NCBI GenBank assembly: GCA_051294905.1
Contig: CM119373.1
Location: forward strand, 4,836,001-4,900,000
Length of the DNA: 64,000 nt
DNA from: Botryllus schlosseri
Lineage: Eukaryota
Reading direction: 5' to 3'
In this document: positions 45,031-58,095 of the stretch, piece by piece
Numbering within the stretch: the stretch's first letter is position 1
How the letters are laid out: the number at the start of each line of letters is the position of its first letter
Notes under the pieces: model-generated
What the model saw: only the letters and a program-made list of their open reading frames with translations
Told to the model about the DNA's origin: nothing
The model's database searches: none
Translations under genes and position numbers: made by a program

Positions 45031-48000
45031 TAGGGTTGTTCAAAATTTGGAAAATGTTTGGAATTCTGCGTGTCCATCGCTTATTCTGTAGATTATTGTT
45101 AAAAAACAATAATGGGCTTGAAAGAAGCTCGCAGGAAAGCCGGTAATATTTGTCTAAATGCGTTTGAAAGTAGCCGTCGGCGAGTGGGCGGGGAATGGAG
45201 GAAGTGGGCGGGCAAAGAGAAGCCATTAATCCTGATTGGTTGAAGTCGGTAATAATAAGCTAATGATTGGCCGAAAGACCGACTTTGTGAACACTGCTGG
45301 TAACGATTTTTGCGTGCTGTTGTGCAGTCGTTTCTGTTGGTGGCATTACAGACATGATATATTGCCTTGGTTAATGTTGTCATCAAGAGTCCATAGTACA
45401 ACATAGCAACCGCCTAAGTTAATATCTACCTGCAGAAAGTGCTATGTATTGCACAGGTGCTCTCGCTAGTTGAGATACGAATAAACTAGATGCATGCATA
45501 TTGCTACCTTCAACCTTTCCAAAAGTTACTGACAGTGAGTGAAACTCAAAAATTTACCACCAGGAGTCAACATCTCAGTAGTACTTGTTATGACTGGTCG
45601 ACGTCTCACCCATAAACAAACGCATATTACACTTTTTATTCACAATTGAATGAAGGCGAAAAGCACTATTTACAAAAGACATTAAAAAAGTACGTTGCAG
45701 ATCAGTGTTGCATTGTCAAGTTGCAGATTACAGGCTTTTGATTAGAGTTGACTTCCTGCTGTCTCCAACTGTCTTCCTATGCTGTTCAACAGCTTGAAGC
45801 AGACTGTCTCTTTGTTGTTCATTGTCAGTCAAGATTGCAGCATAGTCTGTGCTTAGCTTTACACCTCGTTCTGCGGCATCATTAACGACTTTGACAGAGC
45901 TGATGTAGGAGCTCATTCTGGTGTAGGAATCTGATAAGCGCCAAACATCAACCGGTTGAGCTAGCCACGCCCCAGAGCATTCAAAAACATCAAATATGTA
46001 CCACGACTGTGGCCCAATAAAATCAGACAAAGTAGTGTCCTTGTTGATGTGTACAGTTGCATTCAACGAGGGCGGGCCTCTCCTGAAACTTGAAGTTCGC
46101 TCTACCTGCAGGAGCGTCTTTGCCATATTTTTTCGGGTTTCATTGCTTTCACTCGGCGAAAACAAGGCATATACAGCGGTTTCCTCCAAGATATACCAGT
46201 CATGCTTTAAAAGCTTTTGTGAAGCAGCTTTGGAAACTTGTTCATCATGTTCCTTGTAACTCAACATGTCCTGGATGAATCTCAAGTCATTACCGGCTGC
46301 ATCACGACCGATGCTGGAAGCAACCCAGGCAGGGACGTAAAAGAGAACTAAAAATAAATTGAAGCGATGCAGCAGTTCCACTTCTTCAGATTTGTAATGT
46401 AACTGATCAGCCCACATGAACATCTTCTGAGCATACAGAATTGTGCCCATCTACATTGTATGGTGTTTTGCACCAGGTTTGTGATGATGTATCTCCATCT
46501 GCCCCGGGAAGATCAAGAGCATTAGTCACACATTGTTTGTAGTCATCCCGTGAGAAGAAATCTTTTCTGGCGAGTAGTAGCTTGAAGTTCTGAACTGTCA
46601 TTGCTGCTCGTTCTTTAAAGCATATAGGAATAGTCAGAGTCTTGAATTGCTGTTTTCTGTCAAGACTGCTCCAGCTCTTCTTAAGGTGGGCAAACCATGT
46701 GTTCTCTGGTCCGGTTGTTGCTTTTCCAAATAAACATTTCCAGACGTCTTTGACTACTAGCTCATACACATGGTGCCGACACGCATGGTAAAAAACCTTC
46801 TTTCCTAGAAGGTCCTCAAGGATCTTCGCTGCACCCTTCTTCCAGCCGCTGTTGCTTGCTGTGGTGTCAAAAACCAAAGCTGTTACAGCATCTTGTATAT
46901 CTCACTTTTTAATTATGTCGAAAGTAGTTTCAGCTTAATTATGTCGAAAGTAGTTTCAGCTTGTGTCTGACCTGCCGCATTTTGTATCTTCTGAATTCCA
47001 AGTAGTTTTCCTTCCGAGTATTGAGGTTGACAAGATAGAACAATCGACAAAGCTTCATATCGATTTCCTAATCTATCTATCCTCTGTGAGCTTTCCATCC
47101 CAATGAATGGCAACATGCTGTGGTCTATTTTCGGCAAATTTTTCCAAAATGTCCTGAGATATTTCCAGGCGATTTGTTTCCCTGGCTCTCTTCGTTGAAG
47201 ATCTTGACAGGGAGAACATGGCTATATCTCCTCCACAAGCCTTAATAAATGCTCCCATCAGCATCGTTGCATCGTTGTCAGTTACTTGCAATCGATCCAG
47301 AGCTTGGGAAACATGCGTATTTTTCATAATATTTTTAGGTGCCATCAGTTTAATGGATTGGGTCGAGGTGCCAAGTCCAACATCGGCATCAAACTGTCAC
47401 CCTCTTTTGAAGAGGACGATGATGCTAAAACAACATAGTCACAACTTGAGTCGTGTGAAACGTTTTCAACAGTTTGATCTGCAATGGCTGCTGTTTTCTT
47501 TTTGAGGTCTTTAGCCAGAATTTTGTCTCTTCCCAACATTATTGACTGGCGAGATTGCCGTTGATCTTCATAAAATGCAATGTCTTCAAGCTTTCTTTCA
47601 TGTGATAGATAAATGTCATTTTGTATTGTTGTTATGGCATCTCTACTTCCAATATCCCACAGCTTGTCCAAATCATCAGTGAATTTTCTCCTCTTACCCT
47701 TGGGATCACTTTCCTGTTTCGGATTCTTCTTCAGATCACGCCATCTTTCGTGCAGGTTTTGAAGTGATCGCACCACATGTGATTTCTGCATTGTCGCAAT
47801 TCTCGCCATTGTCCACACTGTCATTACATCATCCACCACCACAGTACATAGTTCATGAGTAGGGGTTGACTGAGGACAATGCTCTTTCAGATGCAGCAAG
47901 TAACTCATTACTTCTCGTATAGTAGGTAATCTCAGCCACAGATGTAATCGCAAGTATATCCGACCAGGTACTGCTCAGATTTGGATCTTGTTCTTCGCTG

Positions 48001-48474
48001 CGGCATGTGTGCAATCTTTCGCCGTTTTGCCTCTGCCATGACTGCGCTATTGTTGCTCCAAAGCATAAACTACTGCTATCGACTCTGAAGCATTCAAAGA
48101 ACACGTGTTACAGTACTACTAATGACTCATCAACCCACAACGCGCTTGTACAGAACCACAGCCGCTACTAACAGATTCTACCTCAGCAAAACAGACTTTC
48201 AATTTAGTAAAGCGAAGCTCCCGAATCCGAGTCAGCTGTTGCAGTAATCAGTGAAGCTTAGCCGATTACCCAATCAAGAACCGTTGTTTCGTGATTGCCC
48301 GCCTCTGCTGTCGGTTGCCCGCCCACTCTAACGACTTTCAAACGCATTTAGACAAATGTTAGCGGCTTTGCTGGGAGCTTCTTTCAAGCCCATTATTGTT
48401 TTTTAACAATAATCTACAGAATAAGCGATGGACACGCAGAATTCCAAACATTTTCCAAATTTTGAACAACCCTA
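45031..48474 (-). mobile_element. hAT-superfamily (hATm-like) transposon with long TIRs
   Basis: TAGGGTTGTTCAAAATTTGG... TIRs matching for about 150 bp or more; perfect 8-bp TSD CTGGATAT. Confidence 0.92.
45728..47953 (-). pseudogene. hATm-like transposase, frameshifted (including a 26-bp duplication at about 46909-46960)
   Basis: RLPTIREV, HWDGKL, VFDTTASNSG..KGA, ACRHHVYEL, VKVVNDAAERGVKL. Confidence 0.9.
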
Positions 48475-49662
48475 CTGGATATGCTTATGATTCCGCAAGT
48501 TACTAGGAGGTTTCCCGGCCTTGAAGGACGAGGCCCTCCATATTTGCCAAGTAACGCAAAGAGTGGACTACAGTCGGGCGAAGACGTACCATTGAAACAT
48601 TATCACTCGATACAAAGACTTTCATTCCACTGCTGTGTTCGGCCTTTCCATTATTGGATAACTTCGCTGACGTGGATTGCTGAGTAGAAGGATGCGTCGA
48701 CGGCTGAATAGTAAAGAAGTATTTGCCGACACTCTAGCCTGAGCTCCCGTCCATCGCTATCGCCATCACTGCCTAGAGAATATATAGGAATGAGTGCCAG
48801 TTACGCTTTCTGGACGTCGATGTTCCCATCAAACCCTAGCCCTCGATCAATAGAGTCTGGTAATTTACCAATTGAGCAGGTGAAAAACACGTACGTGACG
48901 AGAGCAGCTGAAAAACAAGTACGTGGCGACGTCTCGAACCGAAAAAATGATGTCCATCGGTGATGCTGCGAGCAATGCACCAGGCGGTCAGTAATGAATC
49001 ACATAGTTTTCCAGGGAGCTCGCATAGACTTGCCTAATAGCGTTATTTACTCAAGTGGTTATAATCTAATACTCACACTTCTGCTTGGGGTTTTCAGTTT
49101 GTTTGTCAAACCTAGGCCTAGAATATTAATCTTTTACTTTAGGGTTACCATACGTCGTCCTTTAGGAGGGACTGTCCCACTTTTTCGGGTTTTTGAAAAT
49201 GTCGTTCGAGGACGCCTAAATAATGTCCCCCTTTTTGAGATTTTGGGTTAAACAAGAGCAACATTCGACCGAGATACCATAAAATAGCACTGAACCGACG
49301 CTCAGGCGGGAATGACGAGTATTTAGGGGCTATGCGGACGTTGACCTTATTTTTCAGTCAAGTGACTGCGAAGTGAGAAAAATTGACTAATTTTTCAGGA
49401 TTTTCCACCGGTATTCTAAGTTTGAAAATTTTGACGAAGTGTTGATTCTAAACATGGTAACCCTAGGTTACTTGAAATTCGCTACTTTACCGATTCCGAA
49501 ACTTGGTAACCCTGGGTTACTTGAAATTCGCTAGTTGTACTTTGGGAGTATATATTTGAAGCAGAAATATACGACGGGCATTCGAACACAAACAAGTTTA
49601 TGATACCCATTGTATAAAATTTCATTCGACATTTTACGTCCAGCGAAAGTTAGGCCTATAAG

Positions 49663-51148
49663 CAGGGTTGCCATCGACATGGACCCAAAAATAAGGACAG
49701 TCGGAAAACTAGATTAGCATTAAAAGGGTTTTTGTACATAGGCTATACGTTGTATTTATACGAGCCGTGGCATATCACATTCCAGAAACAACCTGCTCCA
49801 GCAACTACTTGTTTAGTAGGCCTATATATAAAGTGCATTATGGACCTCACGACAGCTCAGGTTTAGGTTTACCTTTACTCAGGGCCGAAACAGCACTTCG
49901 TCAGCCCCCCTCCAAAAAAAAACACGTTGGTCTTGCCACCCATGTGGTGATAAACCCAACCTCTTCACGTCGTTGTGATTAGAGGTGTCAACCAAGATGG
50001 AATAAGGCTGTACATCAGGTTTAGAAAAAAATAATTTTTGATCGTGGAGCAAGAACTCCAGTAACAATGCTTGTAGTCTAGGTTCTGGCCGAAGTAAACT
50101 TCTTTGCGATGTTGGAATGGGGGTAGATTGCTTTGAATAATTTCGATGTGCAATCGTTGGTGCGGGAAGATTGCTGGTGTTTGCAGTACAGAATACCCAG
50201 ATACCCTCAGAAACAGCAGCCTTGTAGTATGTAGTCGTCGGTACTGATCGACCGGTGAAAATATTATTCATCGACTGACTCAAATTAATCAACATGACAC
50301 TTCTTGTGTTTCGGGGTATCAATATGAGTTGGAATGCCGGTCTTTACTATGGTCTTCAGCTCGAGCGAGATAGTGTAATGGTTATGCGTCCGGCTTCTCG
50401 AGCGGTAGGTCGTGGGTTCGATCCCCGGCCGGGTCATACCCAAGACTCGAAAAATGGTATCCGCAGCTATCCTGCTAGGCGCTCAGCAATCACGGATAGC
50501 ATGGAGGAGAAAAAAACGGGGGCGCAGACTAGATGACCTCATGGGGCCGTATCGCAACTCCGTCGCCAAAGCATCTCGATGGTGCAGGCGAGAAAGAATA
50601 TCATATCTCTCTCTCTCTCCAGGTTAATGTCGCAATTGCAGATATTGCAATGTGCGAAGCAATCGCCCTTCAAGCTTCGTTTGATACCTTTAAATTGTAT
50701 GTAACTTATCAATGATCAATGTGCTTTACTTTTTAACCCAAGTGTCGACGCCTTTTTTCAGTACTAAACATCAGAAACCTGGTAGGTCTACTGCTAAAAT
50801 GACGTTTGCTGCGATAGGTTGGTACATCCGAAACTGTCACACCACTCATTGCCCTAGCTAAGCTATTGCACCACTTCGAAGTCAAATCAAGTGGTGCGTA
50901 CGCCACGGGAGTTCCTTTCATTCATAATGTCATAAAATCTCAACGCAAAAGCATAATTCTAGAATATTATGCAACACAGATACCAGTGGGAAATGATCGA
51001 AGTTCTGTAGTTGTTGAAAATAGTACAAAATAAGGACGCAAGTCGAAAATAAGGATATTTCTTAGAAATAAGGACAGTTGAGTTTTCTAAGACGTGGCCC
51101 TTCAAAATAAGGACAAATCTTAGAAATAAGGACGGTATGGCAACCCTG
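49663..51148. mobile_element. hAT MITE containing a SINE
   Basis: TIR CAGGGTTGCCAT / ATGGCAACCCTG; TSD CCTATAAG; AAATAAGGAC subterminal repeats. Confidence 0.9.
50364..50619 (+). mobile_element. tRNA-derived SINE (Meta-domain-like core, (CT)n tail)
   Basis: A box TAGTGTAATGG, B box GGTTCGATCCC, core CCAAGACTCGAAAAATGGTATCCGCAGCT...CTCAGCA; second copy at 62583. Confidence 0.88.
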
Positions 51149-51590
51149 CCTATAAGTTAAATAAAGTTGATGCAAAATAAAATACAGTTTCTCCTGGTTA
51201 CGCCAATGCGTCGGAACTGGTGTTTTTAGTCATCATCAAATTCGCAGTCAGCTCAATCAATTTGGTTGGCCTGGCAATTTTCACTGACGGTATAGGCTAA
51301 CTAATTATCTCGCGGGCCACACAACTCCACGGGACACGGGATTGCCGCCCCTGGTGCAACGGGACCCTACCTTAGTGATTTACGGTGTGGTCAAATGTGT
51401 AGGCAGGCAAGTGTGTGGTCGTTGTGTAACCAATTGATAGTGTGGTGACATCATGCGGCACCACCACTTTGGTCATCGAAGCGTACAGCACTTTCTCATT
51501 ATCATGTCGCTTTATATACAAAGTCGTTTGATTGTGCTTAGCTCAGTCTGCTCGAGTGATTCTTACAGCGAGCTTGTTACCCGCTCAACT

Positions 51591-53975
51591 TGGTGACCCC
51601 ACGAGCCGGAGATTTATGGATAGTGCACGCAGCAAGATGAATACAGATAATCAGTCTGGTTCAGATAGTCTACACCAGCGTTAGGGACGCAGTGGCTACC
51701 AAGCTTCCTTTTTTGCCGCCCATCCGCGCACCTGTTTTTTTTCAGGTCGAGGCCCAATTCCAGATTCGAGGAATCACAATAGACAGTACAAAGTTCGCGC
51801 ACCTGTTTTTTTTTTCAGGTCGAGGCACAATTCCAGATTCGAGGAATCACAATAGAGAGTACAAAGTTATACTACGCGATCTCCGCATTAGACCGAGAAA
51901 CAGCATGTCGACTTGTGGCCATTTTAGAGCAGCCTGTACACGAGAACAAAGATAATGCAATAAAACAACGCCTTCTTGACACTTTCGACATTCCACGACC
52001 GGAGCTCGCAGCGCGACTAATCAGCAGGCCGCGTTCGAGCAATCGGAAACCTTCCGCATTCACGGACTGGATGCTCTCTTTACTAGGTGATCATCAACCA
52101 TGTTTACCATGTCTTTACCATTCGAACACCTCTTCTTGCAGCATCCGCAAGTCCCGGTAACACCCGCTGACACTCCCAAAACCACGTTTATTACACCTTT
52201 TGTACTATTTTCGAGTTCTGCGCCTGCCATTTCGGTCTGGAGAACGCAGCAACCCAGACGTTTCAATGACTAATGGACACATTGGACACACACCGTCTGT
52301 CAATATTTCCCAATCTTGTACGTTTATCTTGATGACATCTGTCAATATTTCCCAATCGTGTACGTTTATCTTCATGTGATATCACAATGTCAACAAATCA
52401 TGTGTGTGCACAATGCATCAATCATGTTGAACATCAAATCATGTACCTCGTCAGGGGATACCATTCGCAAGTCCCGGTAGCACCCGCTGACACTCCCGAA
52501 ACCGCGTTTATCACACCTTTACAAACCGCGCTTATCACACCTTTTGTACTATTTTCGAGTTCTTCGCCTGCAATTTCGGTCCGCAGAACGTAGCCCAGAC
52601 GTTTCAACGACTAATGGACACACACCGTCTGTCAATACCCAATCGTGTACGTTTATCTCCATGACATCTTGGTCTTGGTAGGTAGCCAAAACTTCGAGAT
52701 GATAGCTCAAACTTCGAGACGCATCTCGAGCATCTTCACACTCTTTCGGCTATGAACAAAAAGAAATGGGAAGGACAAGCTTATGTTCTCTTGAGTAACA
52801 TAATGGACCACCGAGGAATCGAGCCCTTGCCCACAGACGTGGACGCAATCACGCAATTTCTGCCGCCGAAAACCTTCGAGGCTCCGCACGAATTTATTGG
52901 GATGATCAATAGTTTGGGATGATCAATTTCTATTACGAATTCGTCCCTGCAATTTGCAGATATCATGAGACCGCGTTATCGCGCGCTGGCCGGCAAGACA
53001 CGAAAATTAGTGTGGGGCCCTGAGCTAGAAAATCTTTCAATGCAGCGAAGGAAGCGTTAGTCAGCGCAACAATGTTGCACCATGAAGCGTTAGTCAGCGC
53101 AACAATGTTGCACCATCCAAGATGCGCTGTTGAAACCGCGCTCACTGTCGACGCCTCACAAACGGCAGGTGGGGAGTCCTCGAACAACTGGTCGAGGGGA
53201 AATGGTGTGTACTGGCCTTGTTCAGTCGGCAGTTACATAAGCCGGAGACAAAATACAGACCGAGAACTTTTGAGGCGCTACATTTGTGCATCAGGCATTT
53301 CCGATATTTCGTAGAGAGACGCCTTTTAACAGCTTTCACCGACCACAAGCCACTCACCTATGCATTCAGCAAACCTTCAGAGCACTGGTCAGAATGACAA
53401 CATCGTCACCTTTTCGATTTCCGAATATACCACTGTCAAATATAAGGAAAAAGCAACACGGTCGCGCCCAACGATCTCTACTGCCCTCCGGCAGCCGACG
53501 CTTTTAGACCTAAACCTTGAAAACTTTGTTAAAGCCCAAGAAACCGAAACCGACGTAAAAAAACGACCAAGTGCGGGCTTATCGCACTGGGGTTTGCAAA
53601 CCTACAGCTCAGACATTCCTATCGGAAACCCTGCAGTGCCGCTGCTATGCGATATTACTGGCGGACAACCCCGTCCTGTGGTTCCAAAACCTTGAAGGGA
53701 AAAACCTTGAAGGGAAGTTTTCGAAACAATTTACGGTTCGTCACAACCGCCCATTCGCATAATAGAAAAACTAGACCGTCCATTGGCATAACGGAAAAAT
53801 TAGCGAGCTCGAAATTCGTTTGAGATGGTATGTTCGTGGGCCAAAAGCAATGCCTGGCATGTCAGAGTTGCAGCATGTCTCGTCGCCGGTTCAAGATTAC
53901 CCAACACCCACAGCGCGCTTAGGCCTTATCCACATTGATATGATGGGCCCCCTGCCTCAATGCCAAAGCAAAACC
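51591..53975 (+). pseudogene. Gypsy LTR retrotransposon relic (PBS, gag, RT, RNase H and integrase fragments)
   Basis: PBS-like TGGTGACCCC; FFQVEAQFQIRGIT; RT segment (T.FITPF.LF...QTFQRLMD...VY..D) duplicated at about 52140-52340 and 52445-52660; TVDASQT...DRELL...FTDHKPL; IHIDMMGPLP. Confidence 0.85.
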
Positions 53976-54699
53976 TACTCCATTAGAATAATTTGAACTC
54001 TTATTGGATTAAAAACGTGTAAAACTAATGTCTAATGTAACTTTTATTGGATTGAAAACGTGTAAAACTAATTCGCATTCATTGTAAGAGCAAGGTAACG
54101 ACTTACTGCCTACAGAGAAGGGCAAAAGGGATAAACTTGAATATATAGAACAAAACATCCGTCAGTATTCGTGAATCAACGGATGGTTAATGATTTCTTT
54201 GAATAACATTCATGGTATAAGGTCCATATATGAATCGGACATATCGTACCCACGACTATGGCGATGGTCGCATCTGATAATGTCTTCCGGACTTTGAAAC
54301 GGGACCGTACCTTTTCCATGATGCGCAACAACACTCGTAGGCACCATAGATCGAGGCGAGGTCCGTTGTAGGTCCGTGTCTGAGATAGCGAATCAATTGA
54401 TTATTATACGATTATTATACGATTCAATGTCATTGAAGTTTTTAATTGAAGGCATTGAAGTTTTTAATTGAAGGCTGCGATAAAATATTACTAACGTTGG
54501 CGCGTGGCGTCTTCACAAAATATGGAGGACATGATAACAAATGGATTCCTGGGTTGTGTGATGTATCAAATTAGCTTTTTTTGACGTATTAAAATTTAAC
54601 ATAGTCCACTGTTTATATCAGTGTGGCTTGGTGATAAATCGTCGGCGACGTGCCTGAAACCTCGTACCGCGAATCCTTTTCTGGCTTGATATCACGAAA

Positions 54700-54870
54700 G
54701 TCGACCCCGGCTTCGTGACAGTGTGAAACTGCCAGAGCGACCTGATGGAAGACGCATCGCGCGGTATCCTCTGAGAACGCGCCGTAGTTGCGCTGCGACT
54801 GCCGAATATCAACAGCATGGTTCGGTCTTTCCAATCGCGAGCACCAATTCGGCTTTTTCCTCGAACCACT
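54700..54870 (-). pseudogene. Orphan Ser/Thr kinase fragment (subdomains VIa-VIb, Pim-like)
   Basis: GAFSEDTARCVFHQVALAVSHCHEAGVDFRDIKPE; the HRD motif is altered to FRD; no neighbouring kinase exons recognised. Confidence 0.65.
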
Positions 54871-56862
54871 AATCATACCGATGATTCCTGCAAAATTAAA
54901 CGATATGATTCGATCTGTAAGCAGCAAGTGAAGTTATTGCTAGGATCTCTGGGTAGAATCGAGTACCTCTATTGTAATTTGAGTCGAGAGCATTGAAAAG
55001 AGACAATACGCAGGAGTTGGTCAGTAGACAGAATGGAGAACCGTTATTCTATAAAGTACTCGTACTCAAGTAGGTTATTTATTACGACTAAGTAGGTTAT
55101 TTGTTACGACTAAACTCGAGCTGTACTTCTGCGTCACAGTTGAGTTTTTCAGTAAATCTAGGCCGATAAAAACTACCCTTTCTCATTACTTGCAAATCGC
55201 TTCTTTTACCTTTTTAATTTAGTAGCAATTTCATAAATTACTTCTACTTGAGTAACAACAACGTTGCTTTGACCACCTTCCTACAAGACGGCGATAAAGA
55301 TATTAGTTGCAAAAATGCACAATCTCGTTTAGGTCGGTAGCAAAACATTCGGCACGGATCCAAGCGATAAAAATATAGTATAGCAACATACATTTAATAC
55401 GCTGTCTAGCGATAAAAATATAGTAACATACATTTAATACGCTGTCTAGTAGAGATCATAAATTTTATATTGCACCATACGTTCACAAATCTAGCGGCAA
55501 GTCATCACAATCATCACATGGCACGCGATCAAATTAAAATCCGCAAGATACCTATTACTGCCCACTGAAGGCGATCACATCTCCCGGATCATGGTGGCTT
55601 GGAAGCCGCTTCCTCGCCTATTATGTGCAAATACTTTGTTTGCGAAAATCTAAGCGGCAGAGATGGCTGGTAGCATAGCATTTCTATTTTCTCAGAGGAC
55701 TGTTGTATCTTCCTTAACATCTATTATTTGCAAATACATTACACATAAACGTGTGAAACGACTAAAATGCACAGCAGTTAACTGAGTATCACCGTACTTT
55801 TTCACACTTTCTTTCCATACGCTTCGCAACTAAACGTATACGTGGTTGCGAAGCGCCTGCAGCACTGGTAACGGAATTTAATTTAGATCACTTGATACAT
55901 TTTGGCGTTAATACACATGGCGTTCATACACATTCATTTTAAGTCGCGAAAGACATTGTTGAATTTTCGTTTTCTGCTCCCACTTGAAGTAGGTTTGAAC
56001 GTGTCTCTGAAATCGATTGGTCTAATCGTGATTGAGTAAAAGTTACAGCCGTACTTCTATTAGAGCGTACTGTAACATTACTGCAAAGTTCTGACAAGGG
56101 CTACATTATTCTGAATGGGACTATATGACATAACATCATGATCCATTCCATCACTGTTGTCTTTGTCAACATCGCACCGGCACGATTCTGCCTAATGATA
56201 TTTCATCGAGTGCATTAAAGTACTCAGTATTAGTAGATAGTGGAACATGGCACCTGGAATATCACATTGCTTTGCTTGTTAGTTGAGGAACCGAAGCAAA
56301 CAGCTTAGCGAAAATGTGTAGACCAGGCTATGATGTAATGTTACGTGCCAACAAGTCAAATATACTTACGTCCAGTGGTGTTAAGTTGACCGGCTTTGTC
56401 GTATCTTGTGATACATTGGTGTTCGCCTGTGATTATCAATAAGCTTGATAATGTTATATCTCAACAAAGTGCCAATCACAACTAGCAATAAACCTCACAT
56501 ACATTGTGTATGTAGCTGGAGTTTATGGACTTGATAGTGATAGCTGTTTATCCCAAAATGTTGGGGCTTGCAACATGCTCTGTTTGAATTTAGTTGGATG
56601 TACCTGGTATGTTATACATAATGAATGTACATAACAATTGTACATACTTTTTTATCTGTTCCGCGGTCAACCCTCTTTGTTTGGCTCGTTTCAGCCGGCT
56701 GTAATTAACAAGATAAATTATCATACTGGTCATGCACAGCTTTTAATATGCACGGTTGCTAACCTGTTCCAGTATCCTCTTGATTGACCCATGTGCGTTG
56801 ACAGTAGGTAACTGTAATGTTGAAGGTTATCGTCATATGTTGGAGTATGCATGACATAAAAA

Positions 56863-58095
56863 TCAAACCTGATCGGAAGCATTGTTCACTGTGTCGCCAT
56901 ATGCAACACGCTCTCCTGCAGGTGTATCAGGTGGGATGATCGCCGTTGCACTTAGACATTCATAATAGTCACGAACGACATTCAGCATTGGCTGACGGCA
57001 TGCAGCCTCAATATTTGATGAATGGTCTGACTGGAAGAAGTCCACGACTAATTTGTCAAGTAGATTCTCACACGGACTATAATTAGTACTGCTTTGCTTG
57101 CTTTGCGTCCAGTATTTGAGTTGAATTGTTCGCTGAACTCCATAACCAGAAAGCGTCGTTCCCACGCGTTGATATTTTGTCTCTGGCATCCTTCAGTATT
57201 TCAAACGTGTGGTCCAAATTGGTCGTGATTACCGCAATTGTAGCTGCATTTTTTTGTTTAGATCCGCGTGATTTGGCTGACCACGGGCCGTGAAACATCT
57301 GTTTCATTGCAGCCATAATTCCAATGTTTTCCAAAACGAAAGGCCGGCGTCGTCAACTTGTAAGATTCGACTATTTGTCGACATGACTAGCTGTCCAACA
57401 CCACATGCATCCTGTGGCATACTTGTTGATATGCGTTCCGGAAAAAAAAGACTAGTAAGCAGCGTTTTGCCCGCTCCAGCCTCACCATTAATCAGGATAT
57501 GTGGTGATTCCGCCACGTCTTTGCCTCGAGCCTCAATCGCAGCACAGATCAGACAAAGCAGCGTCTCGCTATCGTTCAATACATGCCCCTGCAACGTTGC
57601 CTTCGTGACAGATGTAGTCAATATTCTGTTGACTATCTCGAGCGCATGGGACAGCTTCATGCTGTTACGTGCCCGCTGCTTCGACCACAACTCAATTGCA
57701 CGGATGCGATTAATTGATACCATTTGTGGCCATTGTTGGTAACTGCGACTGATCAACGTCGCAGGGGCCATGAATCCAAGTTTGTCAGTGACATAATACT
57801 CCCATTCCGAGAACGGAGGTTTCTCCACGAATATACAATAGCCAATGCAAGCAACGTCCATGAATTGATAGTGTCGAGATCCTCGGAGGTCTTCCGTGTT
57901 CTTATTAAACCTTGAAGAAAATATTTATGCAGTCTTGTACACAGCAATATGTGTCATTAATAACATTAAGTTAATGTGCGCGACTACGTCCGTCGTCTGC
58001 ACTAGGCTGTTCTCCCGTATGACAACTTGCCCCCTTGCTAGGATGTCTGAGATCGCATCTCGCGAATAGTTCTTTATGTCGCTATCAACCTGGAA
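56863..58095 (-). pseudogene. SF3 helicase (Rep/NS1-like) gene, copy 2, with a candidate 54-nt intron (57911-57964) and frameshifts
   Basis: Walker A GEAGAGKT, GVGQL, Walker B ILQVDD, KQMFHGPWSAKSRG, motif C AVITTN; colinear with copy 1 from DVVAHINL to CExxLDxLVxD. Confidence 0.8.

Larger units (their letters stand above)
44440..48700 (-). pseudogene. LINE (I/Jockey-group-like) ORF1 relic split by the hAT insertion at 45031-48474
   Basis: FRARLHNQPPLRC followed by knuckle remnants CSLCGSSKHEYSSC and FCVNCKMPHSAAYGSCKVYK; upstream GVLIDIPDAELRQLL; the reading continues across the hAT TSD. Confidence 0.7.

Noticed and set aside
50364-50440. tRNA gene (also 62583-62660)
   Set aside because: A and B boxes run into a SINE core and (CT)n tail, with no proper acceptor-stem closure; these are SINE heads.
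51380-51590. 5' LTR of the Gypsy relic
   Set aside because: Its position before the PBS is suggestive, but no matching 3' LTR or TSD was found.
55010-55285. Relic of the CAGAGGTGGTCA-type MITE
   Set aside because: AGTA/TACT repeats and partial TIR-like ends are present but too degenerate, and there is no TSD.
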